A stretch of 64,000 nucleotides of DNA, taken from positions 32,001 to 96,000 of the forward strand of contig CAWDVR010000004.1 of NCBI GenBank assembly GCA_963805975.1, in the 5' to 3' direction. Below are positions 19,475-28,708 of this stretch, in pieces. The notes under the pieces are model-generated. The model was not told the DNA's origin. It saw only the letters and a program-made list of their open reading frames with translations, and ran no database searches. The translations under genes and the position numbers were made by a program. Source of the DNA: an uncultured Acidobacteriota bacterium (GTDB lineage Bacteria; Acidobacteriota; Thermoanaerobaculia; Multivoradales; SZUA-115). Each line of letters starts with the position of its first letter. The first letter of the stretch is position 1.

Positions 19475-22400
19475 ATGAGTCGCCCCGTCAGCTCCCCCGC
19501 CGCCGTCCTCAATGCCTGGACGGCCCTTGAGGTGCTCTCGCCTCCCAGTTTCCGCGAGGCCAGGGACCTCGCGGGTGGAGACCGCGAGGTGGCCTGGCTC
19601 GACCAGCCTCGCCTTCCTTGGGAGGGAGCAGGTGAGAAGTCGCGTCGCAATTTCAAGCTCTACTACCAGGTCGTGCTCGGCTCAATCGAGCTCGAGCCGG
19701 CCATCGCTCGACTTCTCACCTGCTACACGGACACCCGCTCCGAGCGACCGGCGGCCCGCGGGGAGGCCATTCTCGGTTTGGTGACACTGAACCAGAAGGG
19801 CCAGCTGGTGGAAGCGCCCGCTGTCGCCGTCTCGAGCTTTGCCTGGGGCCTGCCACGCGCGCTGGACGGCGACCTAGAGACCCTCTCGGCGTGGTCGGAG
19901 ACGGAGCGAAAGCTGGTCCGAGACCTCGACGAGCTGCTGCGAACTGCCCAACCCGACCAGCCGGAACCAGCACTTGATCGCGCTACCCTCGATGCAGGGT
20001 TCCGATGGCTGGTCCGGCGGCTGGATCTACCCTCTGAGTTGGTCAAACCGCCGCGGTTCGCGATCCGCTGCTACGAGTACTACAAGAACGCGAATCCGCC
20101 CGAGCCCCTGCTCCTCAACAGTTTTTTCCTGCACGACTTGGAGGCTGCCAAGAGCCTTTTCCGAGGCGGTGGTGCCACCTTCAACCTGCGTAGCTACCTT
20201 GGCGCGGAGGCTCCGAAGACTCGCGCGGACCTGCTTCACGACTTGTCGAAGCTCGAGGCTTCGGTCGCACCCGCGCTGACGCCACCCGCGCGCTGGCCGG
20301 GCCCGGGCCGCCATTCCCTGGTGCTACTGCAGCAGGCCGCGGTGAACCTGGGTATGAGCGAGCTTCGGGAGCGGGGCGTTCTGGCCGTCAACGGCCCGCC
20401 AGGCACCGGCAAGACCACTCTGCTGCGGGATCTGGTCGCAGCCATCGTCACCGAGCGGGCCCAAGTCATGATCCGATTCGACGACCCGGCCGGCGCCTTC
20501 CAGCACTCGGGCGAAAAGCTATTCCTCGGAGCCTCGTGGCTTCACCTCTACCGTCTTGACCCCGGGCTCAAGGGCTTCGAAATCGTGGTCGCCTCCTCGA
20601 ACAACAAGGCCGTCGAGAACGTCAGCGCCGCCTTGCCCGAGCTCAAGGCCGTGGCCGAGGACGCTACGACGCTGCGCTACTTGAAAACGCTTTCCGACGC
20701 GCTGCTCGACCGCGAAACCTGGGGGCTCTCCGCTGCCGTGCTGGGCAATGCCGGCAACCGAGCCCGGTTCAAGAAGACCTTCTGGTGGGACTCGGACGTC
20801 GGGCTCGCCACCTACCTGGCGGAGGCGGCAGGCACTCCACAACTGATCGAGTTCGAGGATCCCAGGACAGGAAAGAAGTCGACTCGCCCGCCTCGGATCG
20901 TGACCGAGGAGAAGCCTCCCCGCACAAACGACGAAGCCCTCAAGCGATGGCGCAAGGCGCGCGCCGCCTTTCGCACCGCGCTCGAAGCCAGCCAGAAAGG
21001 GCTTCGGAGGCTGGAGGAGGCTCGTCAGCAGGCCGCGACATTGCCAGGCCTGGCTCGCGAGCTCGAAGCTGTCGCCACCGACCTTGAGGTCCACCGCCGT
21101 GCGGAGGCCCAGGCCATCGACGCTTGCACGCTGGCGGCCTCTCGGCAGGCACTGGCGCGTGCTCAGCTCGGTGTGCCCCAAGCCAAGCTCGCGGATCTTG
21201 ACCGCCGGGCGCCGGGCCTCTTCGCCCGCCTCTTTCGAACGGGGCGCGCTCAGGCATGGAAGCAGGAGCGAGTGCCGGTTCAACAGGCCTTGGACGCGGC
21301 TCGGATCGCTGAAGCCGAAGCCACCAGTCAGCTCGCGATGGCCGAAGCGCAGCGCCGGCTGGCCGAGCTTCAACGGCAGGAGGTCGAGCGCCAGTGCGCC
21401 GCGGTGGCCAAGCGTCATGACACCGCGCGGGAGGCCGTGGAAGCCCTCCGCACCCACCTGGGAAGCCGCTTCCTCGACGACGAGTTCGGCGAGCTCGACC
21501 ACGCCAGCCGCCACGCCCTCATTCCCTGGCTGGATGAGGAACAACAGCGCCTCCGTGATGAGGTCTTCGTCGCCGCGATGAACGTCCATCGCGCCTTCCT
21601 GGACGCGGCGGCCAAGCCACTACGCCACAACTTGGGCGCCTTGATGAACGTCTTGGGCGGTCGCAAGCTCCCTACCGCGGAGAAGCAGGCTCTGGTGCCG
21701 GATCTCTGGGCGTCCCTCTTCCTCGTAGTGCCGCTGATCTCTACCACCTTCGCCTCGGTGGAGCGGATGCTGGGCGACCTTCCGCCGGAAGCGCTCGGCT
21801 GGATATTCATCGACGAAGCAGGGCAGGCTCTCCCGCAGGCAGCCGTGGGTGCGCTGATGCGTTGCCGACGCGCCGTGGTGGTGGGCGATCCGGCGCAGAT
21901 CGAGCCGATCGTGATGCTGCCCGACAGGCTCACCCACGCGATCTGCCAACACTTCGACGTCGACCCGGATCGCTTCAACGCCCCTGCCGCCTCTGCGCAG
22001 ACGCTCGCCGACGCAGCCACTCTCTACATGGCTAGCTTCGAGAGCCGCCAGGGCAGCCGCGAGGTGGGCGTGCCGCTGCTGGTGCACCGTCGTTGCTCGG
22101 ACCCGATGTTCAGCATCTCGAACGCTGTGGCCTATGACCGCCTCATGGTCCAGGCCAAGCGACCGGGTCCTTCGCGAATCGGCGATATCTTGGGACCCTC
22201 GGCGTGGATCGAGGTAGAGGGCAGCGGCGCCGACAAGTGGTGTCCGGAGGAAGGCGAGGTGGTGCTAGGTCTTCTCGTGCGGCTGGCGGAGGCCAGGGTC
22301 AAGTCGGACCTCTACGTCGTCACTCCCTTCGTCCTTGTGGCCGAAAACCTCCGCCGGATGGTCCGAGAGGCGAGTTTGCTCAGCGGGTGGATTGACGACC

Positions 22401-22660
22401 CCCGCATCTGGTCCACCGAGCGCGTGGGCACGGTGCACACGGTCCAGGGCCGCGAGGCCGAAGCTGTGATCTTCGTCCTCGGCGCTCCCTCCCCACACCA
22501 AACCGGCGCCCGCAACTGGGCCGGAGCCCGGCCGAACCTCCTCAACGTGGCCGTAACTCGGGCGAAGGAACGGCTGTATGTGGTGGGGAACCGGCAGCTC
22601 TGGCAGGAGGCTGGGGTATTTGGAGAGCTGGCGAGGCGGTTGGGGGCTCGCAGGGCGTGA
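19475..22660 (+). CDS. SF1 helicase, DNA2/NAM7 (AAA_11/AAA_12) type
   Basis: GPPGTGKTT, SSNNKAVEN, IDEAGQ, TVHTVQGREA and NVAVTRAK. Confidence 0.92.
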   Translation: MSRPVSSPAAVLNAWTALEVLSPPSFREARDLAGGDREVAWLDQPRLPWEGAGEKSRRNFKLYYQVVLGSIELEPAIARLLTCYTDTRSERPAARGEAILGLVTLNQKGQLVEAPAVAVSSFAWGLPRALDGDLETLSAWSETERKLVRDLDELLRTAQPDQPEPALDRATLDAGFRWLVRRLDLPSELVKPPRFAIRCYEYYKNANPPEPLLLNSFFLHDLEAAKSLFRGGGATFNLRSYLGAEAPKTRADLLHDLSKLEASVAPALTPPARWPGPGRHSLVLLQQAAVNLGMSELRERGVLAVNGPPGTGKTTLLRDLVAAIVTERAQVMIRFDDPAGAFQHSGEKLFLGASWLHLYRLDPGLKGFEIVVASSNNKAVENVSAALPELKAVAEDATTLRYLKTLSDALLDRETWGLSAAVLGNAGNRARFKKTFWWDSDVGLATYLAEAAGTPQLIEFEDPRTGKKSTRPPRIVTEEKPPRTNDEALKRWRKARAAFRTALEASQKGLRRLEEARQQAATLPGLARELEAVATDLEVHRRAEAQAIDACTLAASRQALARAQLGVPQAKLADLDRRAPGLFARLFRTGRAQAWKQERVPVQQALDAARIAEAEATSQLAMAEAQRRLAELQRQEVERQCAAVAKRHDTAREAVEALRTHLGSRFLDDEFGELDHASRHALIPWLDEEQQRLRDEVFVAAMNVHRAFLDAAAKPLRHNLGALMNVLGGRKLPTAEKQALVPDLWASLFLVVPLISTTFASVERMLGDLPPEALGWIFIDEAGQALPQAAVGALMRCRRAVVVGDPAQIEPIVMLPDRLTHAICQHFDVDPDRFNAPAASAQTLADAATLYMASFESRQGSREVGVPLLVHRRCSDPMFSISNAVAYDRLMVQAKRPGPSRIGDILGPSAWIEVEGSGADKWCPEEGEVVLGLLVRLAEARVKSDLYVVTPFVLVAENLRRMVREASLLSGWIDDPRIWSTERVGTVHTVQGREAEAVIFVLGAPSPHQTGARNWAGARPNLLNVAVTRAKERLYVVGNRQLWQEAGVFGELARRLGARRA

Positions 22661-23037
22661 TCTTCCTCTAGCGCTTCGGTCGTAGACGCTTGGGGCAGCG
22701 AGCGGATTGTCGGCTCTCTAGTGCCCGTCGGCCAGGACGAGGATCTCCGGGTAGGCGAGGGTGCCGGTTCCGTAGGCCGCCCAGCTCTCTGGCCGGACGG
22801 ATCTCCAGGAGGAAAGAGGTGATCCGGTGGACCGTAGAGGCTGGGTTTTTGCAGCGGCGCAACTGCATGAACGGTGTCAACGGGCGAGGGAGGCGGGTGT
22901 ATCGGGTCGGTCCAGAGTCCTCAGTCTGGGTGCATCCGAGCCAGCGCGGTAGTCCGCTGGGACATCCGCTTGCGAAATTTCCACCGCAGCAGGTCACAAG
23001 AGAGACAGCCTTTGGTTCCTCCGCTCAAGGGAGGGAC

Positions 23038-23880
23038 TTAGAGCCCGAGGCGCGCGAGGTGGACATACTCAAACTCATCTGTCTTTAGATACGACCGTGT
23101 CTTGGCCTTGAGATGGTACTTCCGAATAGGGGCGATAGTAGGAATTGGCAGGATCTCCTCGGGTCCGTGGAGCAAGGGTACTAGGTCGAATGGTCGTCCC
23201 TGCCGGTACTTGTCTACAAAACGACCGAGGGAATACCCAGCCATTGCGCTGAACTCCTTGCAGATCACCATAGACATCGTGATCAGGAAGGGTTCACGCT
23301 TCTTGTCGGCCCGCCGTGCAGCGCTCCGCAGATCGCGCCACGAGCGGCGAACATCTGGCCGAGAGAAGCTCGGAGAGAGGAGGACAAAGTATCGATCCTC
23401 ATCGGTGATCAACGAGAGACAAACATTGTTCCTTGTGTCGTCGTTCTCTCCACTGTTCCAAGCTCGGAGGAGCTCAAAGAACCGCGTTGCGTACTCCTCA
23501 TCGTGGAAGACCAGGCCCACTGCATACGGGGTGCTGTCTGGCTCGTCAGGAGACCCAAGGAACAGGTACGCCATCGACTCCCATTGCTTCGAGTCGTACT
23601 CGAAGTGCGGTAGCGGCGTGACATGGAGCGCCGTGAAGAGAAAGATGGAGCGCTCCAAGAACCAGTCCAGCGCCGCCAGAATGACTGCAACGGCGAAATC
23701 AGGACCAGTCGGAAGGTTCACGAGCGCCACAAGGATTCCCGCGGCCGTGGCGAGCCGCAGCGACCACCGTACCGGCCGCTCGTAGCGCGGCCACAGGACG
23801 AGCTTCGGAAGACCACGCTCCCAGCGGACAAGCGGTGGACCGCGCTGGTGCCATTTCTCTCTGCGTGGCATTCCTTGCAC
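23038..23880 (-). CDS. Hypothetical protein with N-terminal hydrophobic helices
   Basis: 280 aa ORF, two hydrophobic segments, lower GC than its neighbours; start uncertain. Confidence 0.65.
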   Translation of the reverse strand: MQGMPRREKWHQRGPPLVRWERGLPKLVLWPRYERPVRWSLRLATAAGILVALVNLPTGPDFAVAVILAALDWFLERSIFLFTALHVTPLPHFEYDSKQWESMAYLFLGSPDEPDSTPYAVGLVFHDEEYATRFFELLRAWNSGENDDTRNNVCLSLITDEDRYFVLLSPSFSRPDVRRSWRDLRSAARRADKKREPFLITMSMVICKEFSAMAGYSLGRFVDKYRQGRPFDLVPLLHGPEEILPIPTIAPIRKYHLKAKTRSYLKTDEFEYVHLARLGL

Positions 23881-23908
23881 CTATCGCTATGCCGTACTCT
23901 TGAGGAGC

Positions 23909-24331
23909 CTAGGGTGGCTTCCAGGCGAGGTCAAGCACCCAAATAGTGGTGCACCGCGTTCCGCGCTTCTCGGATCGCCTGCTCGACCTCGGCTGCGAGA
24001 GCAGCGACTGAGCACCCCAGGCTTCGGCTCTCGTGGCGAGCACGCGCTCCCACCGCGAGTCATCGCCGCCACCGATGTTCGTGGGCACTGTCTCGGCGAG
24101 GAAGACTCCCACGTGGCGTAGGTCCGTTACCACCGCGCGTAACTCGACGGCGATCACGGGTTCGGTGTGCTGCGGGAAGAACGGCCACTCGTGGGCGAAC
24201 TGGAACAGCAGGTTGCCGAGGGTCCGGAGCGCAGACTCGTGCGCGGGCTCGGTCAGGTGCAGCAGGAACGTCTCCCGGAACGGGCACATCTCGTAGGGGT
24301 CGCGCGAGGTCGGCTGCCGGTGGCCGGCCAT
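23909..24331 (-). CDS. Hypothetical protein
   Basis: AAGGAG RBS before MAGHRQ; 140 aa. Confidence 0.6.
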   Translation of the reverse strand: MAGHRQPTSRDPYEMCPFRETFLLHLTEPAHESALRTLGNLLFQFAHEWPFFPQHTEPVIAVELRAVVTDLRHVGVFLAETVPTNIGGGDDSRWERVLATRAEAWGAQSLLSQPRSSRRSEKRGTRCTTIWVLDLAWKPP

Positions 24332-24730
24332 GGCTGGCTCCTTGGGCTGTGCTGCAGGTTGCCCGGGCGAGGGTCGGAGGCGTGGCCCGGTGTTTGACGC
24401 TGTCGGGCGGCCGGGGGCGGGCCAAGAACCCCAGGAAGGGTAGACCTGGGCGCAGGATCGAACGGGGCGTGCTCGGCTCCGGCCGCATCTGCGGCCAGCA
24501 TGAGTAAGCCGGGTTGGCGACCGGAGTCAACGAGCCGCGGTGGCGGGCGAGAGTGGACTGACGGTTGGGGGCCGGTCGTAGCCCAGTGGTCGATGGGCGG
24601 TAGAGTAGAGGGTCCTGGGGCCTCACTTGCTGTGACCGGCAGAGGACGGCCGGCAGCGATGTTAGGCTCGAAGGGCGGCTTTGCCGGCTCTTGCACGTCT
24701 CTCGAGGCCCCGCGACGGAGGTCTGACACC

Positions 24731-24979
24731 GTGACTCTCACCGAGAAGCTCTCCTACCTGGCCTCGCAGCGCGGCGAGGACGAGGCGACCCTCTTGGCAA
24801 GGGCAGTCGATGCCGGCCTGGAAACTCTCTACCGCGAGGCCGTGATCGGGGCCTACCTCAAGGGCCAGCTACCTCGGGAAGAGCTCGTGCGCGAGCTCGG
24901 TGTCGCCGAGGCGGCCGAGGTAGATCAGCATCGCGAGGCTCTGCGGAGGGATGTCCAGTGGGGCCTTGCAGGTGCCTGA
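24731..24979 (+). CDS. Probable antitoxin (UPF0175-like)
   Basis: Short helical protein that overlaps the downstream PIN gene. Confidence 0.7.
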   Translation: MTLTEKLSYLASQRGEDEATLLARAVDAGLETLYREAVIGAYLKGQLPREELVRELGVAEAAEVDQHREALRRDVQWGLAGA

Positions 24980-25481
24980 GGCCCTCTGCGACACAGGTCC
25001 CGTCCTTCACCTCCACGAGATAGCGCGTACCGATGCGCTCGAAGTGTTCGACCGGATCGCGCTGCCTGAACGGGTTGCCTGGGAGCTGGAGCGCCTCGGT
25101 CTCGACCCTCACTCCATCCTGAGCGCCACCAAGGGTCCAGAGCTGATCGTCAGGCCGGTTCCAGACAAGCTTCTGGGTGACCTGACGGACGCCGATCTTC
25201 TCCAGCCTGCCGACCGCCAGGTTCTCGCTCTCGCTCGACAAGCCGACTACCAGGTGCCCGTGCTCACCGACGACCTGGCCCTGCGTGAGCGCATCGAGCG
25301 CAGCGGGGGGGTGGCCGTTGGTACGGTCGGCCTCCTTGTTCGCAGTTTCGGGCTGGGTCGCTCGACACGTGCCCAGCTAGAAGAGAGCATCGACCGGCTG
25401 ATGACCCGGAGCACCCTGCACATGAGCCGCCCTTTCCGCCAGTACGTCATGGACCTGATCCGGGAACTGATCGACCGCTGA
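24972..25481 (+). CDS. PIN-domain toxin (DUF3368/VapC-like)
   Basis: LCDTGPV, ADRQVLALA, VLTDD and VGTVGLL. Confidence 0.82.
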   Translation: MPEALCDTGPVLHLHEIARTDALEVFDRIALPERVAWELERLGLDPHSILSATKGPELIVRPVPDKLLGDLTDADLLQPADRQVLALARQADYQVPVLTDDLALRERIERSGGVAVGTVGLLVRSFGLGRSTRAQLEESIDRLMTRSTLHMSRPFRQYVMDLIRELIDR

Positions 25482-25887
25482 ACGGGAGTAGATCGGAGCG
25501 GCCTTCTGGTCGAGGCGGATACTTGCCAGGCCCCGGCGCCAGGCACTAGAGCATCTGACCGATGGTCAGATGGTTGCTTACCCAGCCGTGCTCACCAGCA
25601 CCGCTCGAAGGCGCGCCTCGCCCTCTTAGAAAGCTCCCTGAAAGCGCCCGTCTTTCGTGGACTTCAAGCCGGTAGCCCGTAGACGTAGCGGGTGCCCGCG
25701 GCGACCGCAGACGCCCCTTTCAGGCTCGCTTCCACAGCCCGCCCCCCGCGCTGCCTGAGACGCCCTGAGACCCGCTGAGACGTCTCATTTTTCGGACACC
25801 CCGAAACCGCCTCGAGCAGCAACTCCCCGCAGCCCACTGAATCCACAGGACTTAGGGCCTGCCAGCGACCATCCGCCAGCCCTACCC

Positions 25888-26220
25888 CATGTTTTCTGGC
25901 AACGATAGAGCAACGACAGACCGCCGCCGGTCTTATTGCTCGATCTCTATGGACTGTAAGTCGTTGAGGATGAAGCGGTTAGGTGGTGCACCCTGCAGGA
26001 CTCGAACCTGCAACCTTCTGATCCGTAGTTAAGCTCCCCGACGAATTCTCGTCGAGTCTCACCCCTTCCCAGCCAGCCGCCACAGGTCTCAACCCCAACG
26101 ACCAGTTGCGCGCTAAGCTATTGATGTGTCTGGACTTAGAGTTGTCTCACCCCGTATCATCTGGTCTCAGCCAGTCGCAGGGAAGCTCATGTTTTCTGGC
26201 AACGATAGAGCAACGACAGA
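25888..26220. repeat. 33 bp perfect direct repeat flanking the tRNA fragment
   Basis: CATGTTTTCTGGCAACGATAGAGCAACGACAGA at 25888-25920 and 26188-26220. Confidence 0.95.
25984..26029 (-). other. tRNA-Arg(ACG) 3' half; att site of an integrative element
   Basis: Minus strand ACTACGGATCAGAAGGTTGCAGGTTCGAGTCCTGCAGGGTGCACCA; D-arm and 5' acceptor strand are absent. Confidence 0.88.
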
Positions 26221-26333
26221 GCCCATCGTTGCCGGGGCTACCCCCAGGCCGGGAGGCGCCCGGCATCCGGGCCCCGGCCAGAGGGCCAGGCCCTCTTAGA
26301 CATCTCCCTAGTCCCTGGCACCAAGAGGTGCCC

Positions 26334-26470
26334 ATGAAGCTGACCGACCGGCAGATCAACTGCGCCAAGTGCCCTCGCGGGCTCAGCCAGCGGGAGCTCC
26401 CGCGACGACCAAGTCCGGTGTCCTCTTCTGCGGGTCTACCAGCGTGGGGCCAAGACTTGGGGCCCCTTAC
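26334..26470 (+). pseudogene. Integrase N-terminal arm-binding domain remnant
   Basis: MKLTDRQI..AK, then LLRVYQRGAKTW in a shifted frame; next to the att site. Confidence 0.65.
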
Positions 26471-26559
26471 CGTCGCTGCCAGGACTGTCAGCAGCGGCTT
26501 CTCCGCACCTGACAGGTGGGGCGAGCGCGCCTGTGTGTGCAATGTGTGGAGTCGCCTAC

Positions 26560-26900
26560 GCCGCGGACAAGGACCACGAGGGCGTCAATCCCTTCAAGAT
26601 GGGTATGGTCGCGGCCTCCGACTCGCACACAGGCGTTATGGGCTGGCACCCCGAGAACGAGCAATGGCCGGGGCACCTCGGCATCGACGACGCCTACCCC
26701 ATGGCGAGCTCTTCGAACATCCAGAACTCGATCGGTAGCCCATCGGTGGTGTGTCCTGGCCGAGGTCGGCCTGCCCACGGCGGAGATCCCACTGGCGCGC
26801 TCTTCTCCTTTGTCGGGGTCGAGCTCGGCCAGCTTGCCTTCGTCGGTGCCGTGCTCTCAGTGGCCGCCACGCTCCTCCGCCGGGTACCCGTCGCCTACCA
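26560..26900 (+). pseudogene. Fused fragments resembling DUF3604 and HupE/UreJ genes
   Basis: GVNPFKMGMVAASDSHTG, then ALFSFVGVELGQLAFV. Confidence 0.55.
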
Positions 26901-26974
26901 TGGCCGCTTTCTGGTTCATGCAAAGAACCGCCTCGCTGATCCGACGCTTCTTAGCGCATAACGCGCAATCGAGC

Positions 26975-28708
26975 CTAGTTCGCCGCGAAGCAACACATGT
27001 CGAAGCCGACCTCGCTGTGCGCCGGGGCGCTTCGCGGGTACGTTCCCATGTGCACTGTCTCGAGGCTGAACACGTCGTCGTCGACCGGGAGCTGCAACGT
27101 GTCGTCGCGGTAGGGAAACCGCTCGGCAACCGCGCCCGAGACGCGGCGGACGAACCCGAGGCCGAGCTCGCCGGGCGGTACCGAGCCGAGGTCGAGCGCC
27201 ACCTCGAGCGACAGGAACTTGCCGTCCTTGGGCTCCACGACGCCCGCGGTCGCGCCCAGCAGTGCGTCTCGGGTCCCGAGAGGCGACCACCCGCCGGTGC
27301 AGTCTCCCTTCATCTGAACGAGGTTCTTGACACTCGCCGCCCAGCCGTCGGCTGGAATCTCGTAGTCGAACGAGATCCGGCGGTCCTCCGGGCCGGGTGC
27401 GTCGCCTCGCCTCCCGCATCCCGCGTGCCGCAGCGTCGCCGGTCGATCCCGGTCCACGTACAGCGTGAGCTGGCCGCTCTCGACGCCCTGCACCGCCGTT
27501 TCCGCCTCGGCGAGCAGGCCCAGGTAGAGGCGCTTCCCGTCGCTCGAGGCGACGAGGTGCGCGTCCGAGGGCCTGCCGGTGGGAGTGGTCTGCTTGACGA
27601 GCCCGACCCTGGTGGCCTGGCCGTACTCCGACGCGCCTTGGGCCGAGCCGTCGGCCGTGGGCTCGCTCGCGCCAGCCGGAAGGCGGGGCACCCAGCTCGT
27701 GTGCGGGGTCGCCTTCTGCACGGAGAACCCCGACACGGTCCAGCCGGTCGGCGCCTGGCCGGGCGCCTGTCCTGGGAAGCTGTGGCGCTCGAAGATCTCG
27801 CCTGCGGAGCTGCATGCCACGTTGCCGATGCGGACAGTGTCGAGGCCCTCCGGGTCGACAGAGCTCTTCTGGTAGGCGAAGCGGATCGGGTGAGGGCCAC
27901 CGGTCGGCGAGACGAGGCGTAGCGCCCCGGACTTGTTGCGCCCCGAGATCGAGACCACCGGCAAGCCGTCGACGTACGCCTCGAGGAAGTGCTGGCCTTC
28001 GCGCGAGTCCACGAAGTAGTCGGCCACGCAGTAGTTGTCGGTGGTGTTTGGAAAGTAGATCATCCGCTCCATGTACGTCGTCCCGAGGGGGTTGGGGCCC
28101 GGCCCCACTGCGCGTACCGCCGGCGGGATGGCGATACGAAGGCCGCCGCCGGCGCCACCCGCGCTCCACCCCGGGGGGAGCGTCCCTGCGACGCCGTTGA
28201 AGAAGTCCCGCTGGTAGGGGCCGCCCTCGGTGCCGAAGACGACGTTGTCCACCACCGCGCGGTCGAGCCTCAGCGAGACCTTCATGTCCTTCCTGTACTC
28301 GAACTTCACCTGGCAGGGGCCGGGAGGCAGCTTGATCCGGCGGCGGCCGCTGCGAGCCCCCGAGAAGCTGGTCAACGGGAACCAGTACGAGTTCCCGTTG
28401 GGTGAGCGCGAGATCGTGAGCACGTCGTGGTCCGCCTCGGAGTCGACGAAGTAGTCGAGCTCCAGCCAGTGGCTGGTGGCGCCCGCGGGTGGTGTCACTG
28501 CCACCTTCGCCCAGGAGCTCGAGCTATGGCCCTGGCCCGCGGGACTCTGTAGCGCGCGCTCGAGCGGCATCGGCCCGGGACCGGCCTCTGCCACTGTAGC
28601 GAAGACTGCCAGGCAGAGCGTGCCCGCGAAGGTCGCTGCTGAGATTCTCATTTCGCGTCGCATGGGAAGTTTCCTTTCTCTTGCGCGTCCTTCATGCGCG
28701 AGGGTCAT
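26975..28708 (-). CDS. Secreted beta-rich hypothetical protein
   Basis: Signal peptide; internal repeat DYFVDS...FEYRKD/FAYQKS; ATGA overlap with the upstream gene. Confidence 0.8.
   Translation of the reverse strand: MTLAHEGRARERKLPMRREMRISAATFAGTLCLAVFATVAEAGPGPMPLERALQSPAGQGHSSSSWAKVAVTPPAGATSHWLELDYFVDSEADHDVLTISRSPNGNSYWFPLTSFSGARSGRRRIKLPPGPCQVKFEYRKDMKVSLRLDRAVVDNVVFGTEGGPYQRDFFNGVAGTLPPGWSAGGAGGGLRIAIPPAVRAVGPGPNPLGTTYMERMIYFPNTTDNYCVADYFVDSREGQHFLEAYVDGLPVVSISGRNKSGALRLVSPTGGPHPIRFAYQKSSVDPEGLDTVRIGNVACSSAGEIFERHSFPGQAPGQAPTGWTVSGFSVQKATPHTSWVPRLPAGASEPTADGSAQGASEYGQATRVGLVKQTTPTGRPSDAHLVASSDGKRLYLGLLAEAETAVQGVESGQLTLYVDRDRPATLRHAGCGRRGDAPGPEDRRISFDYEIPADGWAASVKNLVQMKGDCTGGWSPLGTRDALLGATAGVVEPKDGKFLSLEVALDLGSVPPGELGLGFVRRVSGAVAERFPYRDDTLQLPVDDDVFSLETVHMGTYPRSAPAHSEVGFDMCCFAAN

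Noticed and set aside
25984-26060. Complete tRNA-Arg gene
   Set aside because: Only the anticodon loop through CCA is present; the 5' half cannot form a cloverleaf.
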